Positions 35,601-47,900 of a stretch of 64,000 nucleotides of DNA are shown here, piece by piece. The number at the start of each line of letters is the position of its first letter. Within the stretch, counting starts at the first letter, position 1. Position numbers and translations under genes: made by a program. Source of the DNA: Macrostomum lignano. Its lineage: Eukaryota. The stretch is from contig NIVC01000767.1 in assembly GCA_002269645.1 (NCBI GenBank), positions 62,001 through 126,000 of the forward strand, written 5' to 3'. The notes under the pieces were generated by a model, which was given only the letters and a program-made list of their open reading frames with translations, had not been told where the DNA came from and did no database searches.

Positions 35601-37087
35601 GAGAATTTCACTGAGATTGTCAGCCCGGAGTTCGGTCGCTGTTATTCGTTTAATTTTCGCGGCTCAGAGCGAGTTCGGTCGGCCGGGCCCGACTCGGGCC
35701 TGTTCCTGAGCCTGTTCGCCAACCAGTCCGACTACGTGGCCGGCCTGGCCAACTCGGTCGGCTTCCGCCTGGTGCTGCACCGGCCTGGCGAGCTGCCGCT
35801 GTCGGGCAGCGAGGGCTTCGACCTGGCGCCGGGGCTGCTCACCAGGGTTGGCTTCGCGCCGAGAGTCCAGCTAGTGCTGCCGCCGCCCTACGGCAAGTGC
35901 AGGCGAATTGGAGCCAAGGAGAATTCTGAGCGGAATCTGTTCAGCGCGATGGTGGCAGATCCGGTAACCAATGCTAGTCTGGTGAAGTACACCAAGGTGA
36001 GAGATGCATTCATTCACCACAGACCGCTAAAATTAGAAAGTAAGGGCACTTGGTTTCTAGGAAAAAATTGAAGGTTAATGGTTTCCAAGAAAGAACATTT
36101 TCGAGAGTGGCCTTTTTCATTTTTTAACATTACCATCGTTCCGAGGGGCACAAAGGGTACAAATACAATATCCACAGGCACTGAAAGCTCAAAGGCAGCG
36201 TCTCCTTCATAAAATGTCACGAATGTCTTTGCAAGAATTTTAGAGCTGGGCTATTACTCCTAAAATCAGATTTGTTATAATATTAGTAAAATAATTTAGT
36301 ATACTGAATAAACATAATATCGGTCTCACATGACGATGTCGCTCGATCTCCTATATTGATAGTGCATTTTTAAAATCGCGAGCTTCCACAAATTTCCAAA
36401 ATAGGAAGTAGTCCTGTCCTACTTTTTAGTCGTATTTGAGGTTGATATACATGAATTAAAATTTGATTATATACACTAAGCCGATCTTATGAAGCCATTT
36501 GATGTCTAAACCCCCAGGCCACCTGCTTACTCTCCTGTACCCAGCGCCTGGCCCTCCAGCATCCGGCCTGTCGCTGCTTCATCCCACGCTACTACGCCCC
36601 CGAAGAGATTCGCCTGGCCAGCAAAGCCTGTGAGATTCGACGCGGCCGCGAGAGCCCCTGCCTGCAGCGGGCGTTCTTGTCAGCCGCGGCAGCCGCCTGC
36701 GACGCAGCCTGCCCCGACCAGTGCAGCCGGGTGCGCTACCGGGCGACCATCAGCGCCTCGGGCTGGCCCACGGCTGTGACATCCACCAGGCTTCTGCACC
36801 GTCTTGCTAGTCGCCACCTGGTGCCAAGCAAACTGATGCGCCGATTATCTCGCGGTCAGCAGAGACAGTTTATCCAGCAGAATGCTTTGGCCGCCTCTGT
36901 CTACGTGGAGGAGCTTCGAATTCGCTTTAGCCGACAGGAGAGCTCCTACGGCCTTGCCGACCTGCTGTCTGACATCGGTGGCCAAGGTGGCCTTTGGCTT
37001 GGCGTCAGCTTTTTAACTGTTTGCGAACTACTCGAAATGCTGGCCAAACTTTTCCAACTCTGCTGCTGTGGTTTCTGGGCTCGGTAA
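32653..37087 (+). CDS. Degenerin/epithelial Na+ channel (ASIC/ENaC-like), 4 exons, ~558 aa
   Basis: Exons 32653-32982, 34382-34690, 35532-35996 and 36518-37087, all phase 0 with GT-AG. Motifs STSLHG, RRLLW (TM1), YPV, FPAVTLC, CQFNG, FGRCYSFN, GPDSGL, PPPYGKC, Cys-rich thumb, LLSDIGGQGGLWLGVS (TM2, GxS filter). Confidence 0.93.
33822..34290. repeat. 56-bp minisatellite in DEG/ENaC intron 1, ~8 units with one interruption
   Basis: Unit TTGAGGGCAAGGGCTTTGGGGCTGTAGATTGGGGGAGAGACATTTGCGAATGTACA. Confidence 0.92.
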
Positions 37088-38905
37088 AGCTATTTTTGAC
37101 CCAACAAGTAAAAATTTAGAGAGGAAAGGTGTTCACGCACGAGCTTAATTGTTTTGCATCGAGAAGCGATTTAAAACTATTTTACAAAAACCACAGGGAG
37201 GAATGTGCACTAACTATACTATAACTATAATGTTGAGAGTATAGGCGTTGCTAAGCGGGCTCTCGGATTAAACAAGGCTTCCTGGTTATATAGGTTAAAG
37301 AGGAGTGTGCTGGCAATTAGGAATAGAGGAGATCCTTTTGTCTGGAATTTATAAGCTATTCTCAGTTTAAAAAAACCGTTTTAGACAGCATGAAATCGAA
37401 AATATAAGACTCGTGCCAATTGATTCACAATCGTTTATTTAATTCATCAGCTAGCCACTGATTGCTGACTTGAGGACAAATCGGACAGATTCCCAAAGTT
37501 GCACAATATTGAAAGTTACAAACGCGAATTCAGCTATTTTAGAAATGACGTAATTAGAAAAGTTCATTTCGTTTTTTAGTTGCAACCTAAATTATAAATC
37601 ATCTGAGATGACAGGTTTTAAAACTTTTAAGTCGGTAAAACATTCTTTTATTTTAAGAAATAAATAACAAAATCATTTAAAAAATATCCTAAATTTGTTC
37701 TTATTTAATAACGGAATAATTACGGACAATTTTGTATTATCGAGCCCCGAAAACTTCCAATATTTTACTTCAAGTTATTGTATTTCTAGATCGTCTTGAG
37801 TCTATAGTAGTGATTATTTTAGGTAACATTAGGATTTTTAAAAAGATTGGCTTTATGTTTATTAAATGGAAGTTTGAATCTACTTCCTAATTATCTTGTA
37901 TCGTAATTGTAACACTTTGCTTTGTCTTTACATAAAAAAATTTAGTTAATATATGTAACTTTCTGTTTGATTCTTTCATTATGATTAATATTGTCTATTA
38001 AACTTGATAAAGTATCAGCCTGCTCAATTTAAAAATGTGTTTACTGGCCTGAGCAAAAGGCTACTTCTACTACTACATGGCTAGTACTATTGTTGTGCTG
38101 TATATTTATTATTAACATTAAATATCTTTATTTATATGAAATATACAAGTTACATTAATAATATATATAGAAATTATTGAATCTTGGTAATATAAATGTC
38201 TCATTCGGTTTAGCAGGCCACCAAGAACCACCAATATTAGGGCCCTTCAACTCAAGTAAAGAATTCTAAAACAGCAAGTGTGCAGCTGCATGCTAAAGAA
38301 AATTAGCCAATATTTGAATATTATAGTGCTAACTAGCCATTCAAATGAATCAGATATTCTTGCTGAGTTAAATGTGTCATATTTGCAATAGATTTTAGCA
38401 AAGCTGACTAGATAACAAATACAAAAAAGTCTATGGTGCTAATATTAAAATGCAAATATTTTGAGAAAAAAAACTTAAAATATTGTCTTTGCTTTGCTTT
38501 ATTAATTGCCAAATTAATTGCAAATATGATAAATTAAAAAGCTAAAAGATATATTATATTATTATGTCACTCAATTATTACTTGGCTAAAAATAATTGAT
38601 ATTTACTAATCTATATATACTAACTAAATTGATCATCTCTAATATACCAATCTATACTATCATGTCTTACCTTAAAAATTGTAGCTTATAGGCCATGTTT
38701 AAAAGTATACATGGCATGTAATATAATATAAGGAGCCTACCAACTTTTTGGTATTATTATTTGCCATATCTACTATTTAGTCCTACTATATTATGCTCAG
38801 GGTTTTCTTTTTCGCCAGAGACAAGGTGCAAAATCGCACCCTATGCTCACTTTCATGGTGCAATTTTAAGGCTCAAAGTGCAATTTCTCTTTTTTCTTAT
38901 TTTAA

Positions 38906-41693
38906 CAGTAGGAATACCAAGCCATTTTTCCGCCCGTCGAACTACCAAGGGGGGGGGAAAAATTCCCCCCCCTGACAATTTTTTTTGCTGCGCCGGAACG
39001 GAGCAACGCAGACACACAAAATTCAAGAACACGGGCTAACTTTTTGTTGCGCACCTTCTCAAACAAGAATCAAGTCGCCAGCCCTCCGGACCGTCGAGAT
39101 ATTCGACGATTCTGCCAGAAGGTCGGATTTTTCCCATAAGCGCTAGTGTATTCAGTACACCCCTGTGCGCCAATCAGCACTGCGCCTCAGTGCAGCCTTG
39201 CCAAGTCTCCAAATTTCATCAGCACGTCGACCACATGTGTCTGCATCAGCTCTGACTTCGTTGGTTACTGGCCTTCACCGAGATGGAGCTTCTAGACCTT
39301 CAACAGGTGGCACCAAGTGACTATGAACACCTTGATGTGAATTTCTCTAGTTTCGCCAATCAAGCCTCGACAGTAGGCAAGCCTCAACTGCCGGACACCT
39401 TCAGCTAGTCTCCTGAGCATTCCGTCATCATCCCGACACCGTCGGCACCTTCAACAGGTGGCATCAGGTGACTATGGACGTCCTGTTGCAACTATGTCAG
39501 GTCTTTCTTATCAAGCTTCAATAATGGGCAAACCTCAACCGACGGACATTGTCAGCTAGTCTATCGAGCATTCCGTCATCATCCCGACGCCGTCAGCTCC
39601 TTCAACAGATTACACCAGGTGACTATGAACACCTTGATGCGAATTTCTCAAGTTTCACCGATCAAGCCTCGACAGTGGGCAAGCCTCGACTGCTGGACAT
39701 CCTCAGCTAGTCTCTCAAGCATTCCGTCATCATCCCGACGCCGTCGGCTCCTTCAACAGATGACACCAAGTGACTATGGACACCCTGATGCGAATTTCTC
39801 TAGTTTCGCCAATCAAGCCTCGACAGTAGGCAAGCCTCAACTGCCGGACACCTTCAGCTAGTCTCCTGAGCATTCCGTCATCATCCCGACACCGTCGGCA
39901 CCTTCAACAGGTGGCATCAGGTGACTATGGACGTCCTTTTGCAACTATGTCAGGTCTTTCTTATCAAGCTTCAATAATGGGCAAACCTCAACCGACGGAC
40001 ATTGTCAGCTAGTCTCTCAAGCATTCTGTCATCACCCCGATGACGTCGGCACCTTCAACAAATGACACCAGATGACTATGGACAACCTGATGCTGATTTC
40101 TCTAGTTTCACCGATCAAGCCTCGACAGTGGGCAAGAATCAACTGCTGGACATTCTCAGCTAGTCTCTCAAGCCTTCCGTCATCACCCCGATGCTGTCGG
40201 CTCCTTCAACAGATTACACCAGGTGACTGTGAACAGCCTGTTGCAAATATGTCAGGTTTTTCTTATCAAGCTTCAATAATGAGCAAACCTCAACTGCTGG
40301 ACATCCTCAGCTAGTCAGTCAAGCATTCAGCCATCACCCCGACGCCGTCGGCACCTTCAACAGGTGGCACCAGAGGAGTAAGGACACCTGAGCGTGATTT
40401 TTCATCATGCTCTTAACATTTCTGAATCATTAAAAAATGAAAAAACGGATTGAATTTACTGGCTTCTTAAAAGCATAACCCTTTCTGCATTGGGTTCAAT
40501 ATTATAGTTGAATAAACTAAACAGCTTTTCGAATAAAATATGTATGTAGCTCGTATGCATAAAAGTATGTGTAATAATAATATAAATATACAGCAACATG
40601 AGTTCAAGCTTAACTATAGCAATGTCCGTGCTTTAAAAATTTTGAGAGCTTCAGAAATGTTAAGAGCATGATGAAAAATCATGCTCAGGTGTCCTTACTC
40701 CCCTGGTGCCACCTGTTGAAGGTGCCGACGGCGTCGGGGTGATGGCTGAATGCTTGACTGACTAGCTGAGGATGTCCAGCAGTTGAGATTTGCTCATTAT
40801 TGAAGCTTGATAAGAAAAACCTGACATATTTGCAACAGGCTGTTCATAGTCACCTGGTGTAATCTGTTGAAGGAGCCGACAGCATCGGGGTGATGACAGA
40901 ATGCTTGAGAGACTAGCTGAGGATGTCCAGCAGTTGAGGCTTGCCCACTGTCGAGGCTTGATCGGTGAAACTTGAGAAATTCGCATCAAGGTGTTCATAG
41001 TCACCTGGTGTAATCTGTTGAAGGAGCTGACGGCGTCGGGATGATGACGGAATGCTCGAGAGACTAGCTGACAATGTCCGTCGGTTGAGGTTTGCCCATT
41101 ATTGAAGCTTGATAAGAAAGACCTGACATAGTTGCAACAGGACGTCCATAGTCACCTGATGCCACCTGTTGAAGGTGCCGACGGTGTCGGGATGATGACG
41201 GAATGCTCAGGAGACTAGCTGAAGGTGTCCGGCAGTTGAGGCTTGCCTACTGTCGAGGCTTGATTGGCGAAACTAGAGAAATTCACATCAAGGTGTTCAT
41301 AGTCACTTGGTGCCACCTGTTGAAGGTCTAGAAGCTCCGTCTCGGTGAAGGCCAGTAACCAACGAAGTCAGAGCTGATGCAGACACATGTGGTCGACATG
41401 CTGATGAAATTTGGAGACTTGGCAAGGCTGCACTGAGGCGCAGTGCTGATTGGCGCACAGGGGTGTACTGAATACACTAGCGCTTATGGGAAAAATCCGA
41501 CCTTCTGGCAGAATCGTCGAATATCTCGACGGTCCGGAGGGCTGGCGACTTGATTCTTGTTTGAGAAGGTGCGCAACAAAAAGTTAGCCCGTGTTCTTGA
41601 ATTTTGTGTGTCTGCGTTGCTCCGTTCCGGCGCAGCAAAAAAAATTGTCAGGGGGGGGGGAAATTTCCCCCCCCCCCCTTGGTAGTTCTACTG
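38906..41693. mobile_element. 2.8-kb non-autonomous foldback element with very long inverted arms containing 151-bp tandem repeats; TTAA-flanked (piggyBac-like)
   Basis: Left arm 38906-40426 and right arm 40650-41693 are reverse complements around a 223-bp spacer. TTAA at 38902-38905 and 41694-41697, termini CAGTAG/CTACTG. CTTCAACAG recurs every 151 bp (7 units left, 4 right). No transposase ORF. Confidence 0.88.
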
Positions 41694-43857
41694 TTAAGGC
41701 AGTGCGAATGAGGCTTTAATAGAAAAATAGGTTATGAGACTGCACCTAAACCACACCTACATTTCAATTTCAAGGTGCAATTTTAAAATTTAAGGTGCAT
41801 ATGCACACTTTACGCACCAAAAATAAACCCAGATTATGCTACTTATATTATTATATCATTCTTATTTCTAATATTTTAGTCTATTCACTGGACTTCCTAG
41901 TCTATTAGTATTATAATATAAATATATGATGTGATCTTATATATGATCTGCAAAGCAAAAAATATTTTATAGTATATCTTTGGGACTTTGGGTCAGTGGC
42001 AGATCTAGAATTTCATTTGGATTGGAGGGGGTGATCCAAGATTTCAAGTTTGAGATAGCAACATAAGTATAAAAGGCACCAATTTGTATGCTAAAGGCAC
42101 AAAAAATATGTGTAGAGGGGCAAAAATCAAGCTTAGGAGGTGTAAAAATAAAAATTTGTGTAAGGAGCAATAAATAAAGTTTAAAGGGCACAAACTTAGG
42201 TTTTTAGGGGCTAGGGGGTGCAATATGTTCTATCAAGTTGTTTTGGGAGGGGGCAGTAAATCTACCTCTGCCTTTGGTCTATAGCATATAAGTAAATTTT
42301 AAGGTCCAAATAATGAATTTAGCTCATCCTTACTTATGGCTAAATAAAAAAAGAAATAAAGGCAAAATGGGAAAAGATGTTAAATTTAATAAAATCTAGT
42401 GATAGGCAAGAAAGAAAATGATAAAGAATGATTTAAAAGACAAACTAAAATGATAAAACGATAAAAAGATAAAAGAAAAATAAGAGAAAAACAAGATCAA
42501 ATTCAAGTAAAAAACTCATTGGATATAAAGTAAAAAAATAGAAGAATCAAAATATATCAACTAACAAATTTAATATTCCATTATTCTATTGCTAATGCAT
42601 TTTTTCCAGTATGGAAATTTTTAGGAATAGTTAAATTTATTAAATGAGAAACAAAATTGTTATATATGTTGATTTGAGACAATGTTAACATTTAAAATAA
42701 AAGCTAAATATATAGCAAGGTACAAAGAGTTTAGGTGGAAAGGTATACTTTAGAAAAAAATGGATCCAATTTGCTATCTAGGGACTAAGCATAAGATTCC
42801 AAATTCAAGTTAATATATCTTAGCATATATCAAAGGTCCCCAACCTGTGGCCCCTGCAGCAGCTTCCAGTAGTTTGCATTACATGCTGTCATTATATTTC
42901 CCTGTGCCTTCCCTAAAAATGTTATATGGCTTCCAAAAATATATACAACCTCCAAATCATTTAGATTACTATTTTAGCCATTCCTAGTGTACAAATAGAC
43001 ATGCAGTCAAGAATAGAAGTGAAAAGTAGGAAGGAATGCTGGCTAATATCAATAAAAATCATGGCAAAGGAGGTGGGGATTAGGAGGTTAAAAGGGTTGG
43101 GGAGTAGGAAGGGAGGGGGAGGCATGCAGCCCACAGACCCCAAGCCAGTTGTCAATGCAGCCTGTCACCTATAGAAGGGGGACCCCTAGCATACGAGTGA
43201 AACAAACTGTAGTGTCCATGTGTGGTTTATAAAATTAAATAAATCATAGCAACTTTACTATAAGATTTGTACAATAGTGGATTTAGGGGGAGGCACACAG
43301 GGCATGTGCAGTGCATCCCCATTAAGTTTGAATTTTTATATTTTTTCTATGGGTAATATGCATTATCATGTACATATATATGTACCTTAATAGTCTGCAC
43401 ATCCTCTCATTCAAAATTTTCTGGTTCTGCACCTGAATTTGTATTCTATTCATAAGGATTTGCATGTTTGTATGCTCCAAAGAGGGTAGAAAATCTTGAG
43501 AAAAAATGTGCTTAATAGGGAATACTTTCTGTTTTATCTTGTTTTTCTAGATAGACAAGACAAAGATAAACAGTTTCTCGTCACTACTTATAGTAGTGTG
43601 ATAACGAGCCAATGTTATATTTATACTTTTTATTAACTTGAGATGCTATAAATTAGGAATAATAGTGACTGCGGTTAGTTCGTTTAAAAAAAAGCCAAAA
43701 AAACTACTCAGATATTGATGTCTTATCCACAATTAGCAAAGCAAGCAAATGGTTCACTCTAGTTTAAAAACTCTGATGCAATCACAATGACTTTCCTTCT
43801 CGTCCCTCTCTTTGTTCCCCTCATTATTCTTTTCGAGTTCCCCATTCAACTGTCAAT

Positions 43858-43975
43858 CATTGGCTGCCGCTCCCGCATATCTGCAGTAGCGCTTGATTCC
43901 CATTGGCTGCCAAACCCTGCAGTTTGAGCATTGAGCTGATTTGCAGAGTTTGCTATTAATAGGGCTGGATATAAG
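43858..43975 (+). promoter_or_regulatory. Candidate promoter of the NFI-like gene (two inverted CCAAT boxes and a TATA-like box)
   Basis: CATTGGCT at 43858 and 43901, TATAAG at 43970, ~75 bp upstream of gccATG at 44046. Motif-only evidence. Confidence 0.35.
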
Positions 43976-44931
43976 TGAATATAATAGATACGTAGGTTTG
44001 CTTTTGTAATAATTCAGTCTAAGTCTATTCTGGTTCGGTGTTGCCATGCTGTTTAATCAAGCCAGTCGCTTCCTGCTTGGCATTGACAACGAATCGTCTC
44101 CTTATTCTTTATCAACAACGACTCTACCGTTGTCTCGTGTGTCGGCTCTCGATTTTAAATTGCAACAATATGTGTATTATCAGTTATACGCTTCTATGGT
44201 GAGTAGTGCGATGTCTGTGCTTTCAGATGTCTATGGCCTAACCCATCCTATAGACTAAGAGTCTGTGTTTGCTTTTACCAGTACCGATAAACAACCTGAA
44301 ACTCGAACACAACAATATGAGTAGCATCTGGTACTATAATAACTGCGAGAGCTGAATTACAAAGTTATTCATTATTAAGCTTAAGAGTTTTGAGCTTCTA
44401 TACAACTAAATGCTATCGATACAGTGCATACAATGGAATTATATATCTTAACATCAGTTAGTCTGAGAAAGTGACGCTTTTGGGGGAGGTGGGTTCGTAT
44501 CGTTTTTTTTGTTAACCTGTGTGCAACTGCATCTAAACTTGGTTCTGAACTAGGCATGGCGTGTCTTGTATGTATGCTGCATGTTGTGATAGGGCGCACA
44601 CGCAGAATACATTTCATTGGGGGGGGGGGGGCGCACTTTCTCTCAATCCGCCGCCGCCCGCCACCGCGCCTCTCTCTCTCTCCCTTCTATTTCCTTCGTT
44701 ATGCATTACCATCATCGTGTGTATATAAATGTTGCCGCAAAGAAATAGAAGAGAGAGAGAGAGACTTAAGTTCGTTCCTAGGGTTTTTTGGCATCGTTTC
44801 GTGTTTTTGCTTTTGTGTACGCTATGATTTGTACTGCGACAGAGTTTCCTTTTATTGAGGTAAACAATTCAGTTCTGGGACATTTAATGTGAATTTCATT
44901 ATCATGATTAATTAACATCGCGTATTTCCAG

Positions 44932-47900
44932 ATGGGCGCATCCTATACGCAGCAGCAGCCACCGCCTGACCTGCTGGCGTCATCTGCGCCATTGCCTTCG
45001 GCGGCTTCCGCCTCTGCTGTCCCGGCGGCGTCCACTGCTGCTGCGGCGGCAGCATCGGGGACATCGCACCATCACATTCAGCAGCAGCGGCGCAAGGCCT
45101 CCTGCCCGAAGCTAGGCGAGAACATCGTGATGCTGATCTGCCTAAGCCGGGTGCGCCGGATGGGCGGCCGCTGGTACAGGGCCGTGTCTCACATGCGAAC
45201 TGGGAAGAGGAAAAAGGAGAAAAAGCGACCGTATAGGCCGGCTGATTTTGATCGGATGACCGAGGCGTCTAATGCGGCTATGGTGAGCCTGGCTTATGCA
45301 TACTGCATTTCCTGGCTTATGCATACTGCATTTTGTATAGTATTAGTTACTATAACGCTGAAATTCTGCTACATTCTGGTACTTGCTGGTTAATCATGGA
45401 GAATCGGCCTCTTAGTTACATAGAAAGCGCTCCCGTAGTAACTTGGAAAATCGCCGTCCTAATCACTGGAAAATCGCCTTCCTAATCGCTGGAAAATCGC
45501 TCTTCTAATCACTGGAAAATCGCCTTCTTAATCACTGGAAAATCGCCTTCCTAATCACTGGAAAATCGCTCTCCTAATGACAGGAAAATCGCCCTCCTAA
45601 TCACTGGAAAATCGCCCTCCTAATCACTGGAAAATCGCCTTCCTAATCACTGGAAAATCGCTCTCCTATCACTGGAAAACCGCCTTCCTAATCACTGGAA
45701 AATCGCTCTTCTAATCACTGGAAAATCGCTCTCCTAATCACTGGAAAATCGCTCTCCTAATCACTGGAAAATCGCCTTCCTAATGCTTGGAAAATCGCTC
45801 TCCTAATGACAGGAAAATCGCCTTCCTAATCCTTGGAAAATCGCCTTTCTAATAACTGGAAAATTGCCCTTCTAATCACTGGAAAATGGCTCTCCTAATC
45901 GCTGGAAAATCCCCTTCTAATCAATGGAAAATCGGCCTTCTAATCACTGGAAAATCGGCCTTCCTAATCACAGGAAAATCGCCTTTCTAATCCTTGGAAA
46001 TCGCTCTCCTATCACTGGAAAATCGCTCTTCTAATCACTGGAAAATCGCTCTCCTAATCCTTGGAAATCGCTCTTCTAATCACAGGAAAAACGCCTTCCT
46101 AATCACAGGAAAATCGCCTTCATAATCTCCCTCCAAAACATCTTTGAATTCATCATCGCGCAGCCTTCAGTTGATCCCGATTCCCGACCCGAACTCGCCG
46201 CAGGACATGTCCGAGACGGACCTGGCCGAGATCGTTGCCAACCTATTAAAAAAGGTATTCAAAGAGATTCAAGACGATTGCCGCGAGGCGTTCGTTCGAG
46301 CCTGGCTACGCGAAGACGACACCCGCTGCGTGCTGACCGTGCCGGACGGCAAGGGCAAGATGAAGCGAATTGACGGATTGCGCGGCTCAGACAAGGTCTG
46401 GCGGCTCGACACCTTAGTTGCTATGCTGTACCACGGCGTACCTATGGACAGCACCGATACGGGACTTCTAGTGCACAGGTGCGAAGATGAATTGTGCGTT
46501 AATCCGCGTCATCTCAGCTTCCAATGCAGCCCGGCTATGATGGCCGTTGCCATGGAGATGCTGCACGTTGCCGGCTACGACATGACGCCCAGGTTGACGG
46601 CTGCCGCGGCTGCCGACCCGTCCGGTAATGGGCGCTACTTTCAATTCACCTCGCCCTTCACTGTGGACGTCATCCGGCGGGAGATGAGCGGTGAGTTGAA
46701 GCCATTGCTTAATCCTCAAGTCCCTCAGTGAGGCTGCCGGCTTCCCTCAGACCCCTCAGTGAGGCCTCCGGCTTCCCTCAGACCCCTCAGTGAGGCCTCC
46801 GGCTTCCCTCAGACCCCTCAGTGAGGCCACCGGCTTCCCTCAGACCCTCAGTGAGACCTCCGGCTTCCCTCAGACCCCTCAGTGAGACCTCCGGCTTCCC
46901 TCAGACCCCTCAGTGAGGCCACCGGCTTCCCTCAGACCCCTCAGTGAGACCTCCGGCTTCCCTTAGACCCCTCAGTGAGGCTACCGGCTTCCCTCAGACC
47001 CTCAGTGAGGCCTCCGGCTTCTTTCAGACCCCTCAGTGAGGCCACCGGCTTCCCTCAGACCCCTCAGTGAGGCCTCCGGCTTCCGTCAGACCCCTCAGTG
47101 AGGCCACCGGCTTCCGTCAGACCCTCAGTGAGGCCTCCGGCTTCCCTCAGACCCTCAGTGAGGCCACCGGCTTCCGTCAGACCCTAAACCCGAATTCTGC
47201 ATTGAGTCACAATATTAACACTACATGTATACGCGTCCTTAGCCAAATTTATAGTAAAGGAGCGTAGGACTCTCGCTTTTATTCTTTGTTATAAATCATT
47301 GGCTATAGCGTGTGAACTGGCGGCACACCAAGGGGTGACAGGCATTGTGCTTAGGAAAAGCGCATACTCAAAAGGGTAGGCTAGGTAACTTTTTTTAGAA
47401 AAAATACCTGACGCTAGCATTTCAGCAGGTGTAATATAACCGCCGCTAACGTTTCTATAGGCGGTATAAACACACAATTCCTGTTATTGTGGAACTGTTT
47501 GACTGTGTGGGTGAGGTGCGAGTTTAGCAGCTTTTTTAAGACTGTCGCATACCTGGCTCACTCGCGCCTTTCTCACTTGATTGACCTCTGCCCCCCTTCT
47601 TCCATTCCCCGCTCCCGACTTCCTTGACCTCCCTATAGCTGGCCTGCAGGTCAAGGCTCGAGTCAAATATTTTTATTGCTTTATCTTTTTTGTTCGTTTG
47701 CCACAGCTTTAACCGAAGGTATTAGCGCGGTTAACAATGCTTGGGTAGTTTTTTTGCATAGCGGCCTCTTTATTCGAATCTTACTCTATCGATTTTTTTC
47801 TTCTCTCTCTTTGTCCCCATTGTGCTCCCATGCCCAGGTTTAATTGAACTTTCTCTGAGGGGATTTCAGCCGGCCGTTTCTGAGTAACTAACTCATCTTT

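Noticed and set aside
43901-43913. TTGGCTGCCAA as an autoregulatory NFI site
   Set aside because: Half-site spacing is 1 bp instead of the required 5 bp. It is better read as a CCAAT box.
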